A stretch of 64,000 nucleotides of DNA from Candidatus Bathyarchaeota archaeon (GTDB lineage: Archaea > Thermoproteota > Bathyarchaeia > Bathyarchaeales > Bathycorpusculaceae). The notes beneath the pieces were generated by a model, which saw nothing but the letters and a program-made list of their open reading frames with translations, was not told the DNA's origin and searched no databases. Shown here one piece after another: positions 62,537 to 64,000 of the stretch. Position 1 is the first letter of the stretch. Each line of letters begins with the position of its first letter. Both the position numbers and the translations under genes were made by a program. Where the stretch lies: positions 256,001 to 320,000 of the forward strand of contig CAWAKC010000003.1 of assembly GCA_963782525.1 (NCBI GenBank), written 5' to 3'.

Positions 62537-64000
62537 TTAACTGAATTCAGCTTTCTTTTTTATAAAGCTTTGGAAATTGAGCGTTTGCCTGCGGGAAGAA
62601 ACAAATTTGCCGATTTCGATGAATGCAAAAACCGTTCCGGCGAATAATGCAGCAACCGCCCAATCGACAAGTTCAGGCGTGTGAACGTCAAAGAGTGATT
62701 GCAGACCAGGCGTATAGAGAATCACCAGTTGTAATGCAAAGGAGGAGAGAACTGCATACCAGAGGAACCTGTTCTTAAAAATACCTACTTTGAAAACTGG
62801 GTACCTGAGGGAGCGGCAGGTTATGGCTACAGTTAACTCCATAACTACCATTGCAGTGAGCAGTTGGGTTCGTGCCTCCATGAGCCTGAAGTTGCTTAGC
62901 CAAGGCATATGGGAATAGAATGCCACTAACAATAGCACCGTCATCAAGATAGGTACTGTGCTTAGGTAGACTTTGACGTCTTTGCTAAAGATACTCTCGT
63001 TAGGTTTTCTAGGTTTACGCTGCATCAAGTCGGGGTCACCGGGGTCAACGCCTAAAGCGATTGCGGGCAAACCGTCTGTAACAAGGTTAACCCAGAGAAT
63101 CTGCACTGCTGTTAAAGCGATAGCCGCACTATTTACGAGTTCCACATCTGACCCAGGCGACAAAAACCGTGCAATATAGGGCACGCTGACTATGGCAAAG
63201 AACATTACGAGGATTTCCATTATGTTGCATTGGAGCAGGAAGGTAAGGTATTTTTTGATATTATCAAAGATTTCTCTGCCTTCCCTGACGGCTTTAACGA
63301 TGCTGGCGAAGTTGTCATCAGCTAAAACCATGTCGGCAGCTTCTTTGGTTACTTCGGTCCCGCTTATACCCATGGCGATGCCGATATCACTCATTTTGAG
63401 GGCAGGTGCATCGTTGACGCCGTCTCCTGTCATAGCGACGACTTCGTCTTTTGCCTTCCAAGCCATAACAATGCGGGTTTTGTGTTCAGGAGCAACACGA
63501 GCATAAACCACCACTTTCTCCACCACCTGCGCAAGTTGCTCATCCGTCATTTGCTCCAGGTCCTGACCCGTCAACACTTGTCCACCCTGCACCTCATCAT
63601 CAAGCAACTTTAGTTCTTTGGCGACGGCAGTAGCAGTAAGCTTGTGGTCGCCTGTAATCATAACAACACGGATACCGGCAGACTTGCAGATGCCGATAGC
63701 GTCTTTGACTTCTGGACGCGGCGGATCAATCATGCCCATGACGCCGACAAAAACAAAATCTGTCTCCATTTTATCGTCAAACTTTTCAGAGCGACGGGGT
63801 AATTCTTTGTATGCAAATCCGAGGTTTCGAAGTGCTTGTAGAGACATGACTTCGGTGATTTTGTGGTGTTTCTCTCGAATTTCTTTTGTGAGCAGTTGAA
63901 CTTTGCCGTCTAAGAAGATTTGGCTGCACCTCGCCAACACGGTTTCGGGTGCTCCTTTCATGTAAGCGATTCTTTTGCCTTCAACAGAATGTATAGTCGT
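62537..64000 (-). CDS. Ca2+-type P-type ATPase (C-terminal part, 5' end beyond the window)
   Basis: KGAPE, DPPR, MITGD, TGDGVNDAPALK, QILWVNLVTDGLPAIALG. Confidence 0.93.
   Translation of the reverse strand, partial: TTIHSVEGKRIAYMKGAPETVLARCSQIFLDGKVQLLTKEIREKHHKITEVMSLQALRNLGFAYKELPRRSEKFDDKMETDFVFVGVMGMIDPPRPEVKDAIGICKSAGIRVVMITGDHKLTATAVAKELKLLDDEVQGGQVLTGQDLEQMTDEQLAQVVEKVVVYARVAPEHKTRIVMAWKAKDEVVAMTGDGVNDAPALKMSDIGIAMGISGTEVTKEAADMVLADDNFASIVKAVREGREIFDNIKKYLTFLLQCNIMEILVMFFAIVSVPYIARFLSPGSDVELVNSAAIALTAVQILWVNLVTDGLPAIALGVDPGDPDLMQRKPRKPNESIFSKDVKVYLSTVPILMTVLLLVAFYSHMPWLSNFRLMEARTQLLTAMVVMELTVAITCRSLRYPVFKVGIFKNRFLWYAVLSSFALQLVILYTPGLQSLFDVHTPELVDWAVAALFAGTVFAFIEIGKFVSSRRQTLNFQSFIKKKAEFS

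Overview
Archaeal chromosomal window, most likely Bathyarchaeia. This is inferred from TATA-type promoters, oligo-T terminators, DUF5752/DUF996/NosD-type surface proteins, acs plus an acetate permease, and a solo Cas1. It contains tRNA-Ser(TGA) with a degenerate 3' duplicate flanking a GH26 gene, tRNA-Val(GAC), and then an AT-rich accessory region (~9.5-32 kb). That region is rich in homologues of bacterial general-stress genes (CsbD-like, lmo0937-like, GT4/GH130, CBS, PRC-barrel, VIT1) and includes a decayed cas1 plus Dam-methylase relic. The most striking unannotated signal is a 22-bp pseudo-palindrome, GTGACTG-N8-CAGTCAC. It occurs at least 8 times, mostly 4-6 bp upstream of a TATA-like box, which suggests an undescribed archaeal general-stress regulon. 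Other notable items: an IS200, an IS1182 splitting a CheB-CheR-PAS-histidine kinase gene, a 131-bp MITE with the same ends, a DUF2400-nuclease fusion, an unannotated 56-aa RING/PHD-like protein, a second small operator motif, and several single in-frame stops. All calls are from reading the sequence by eye; no searches were run.
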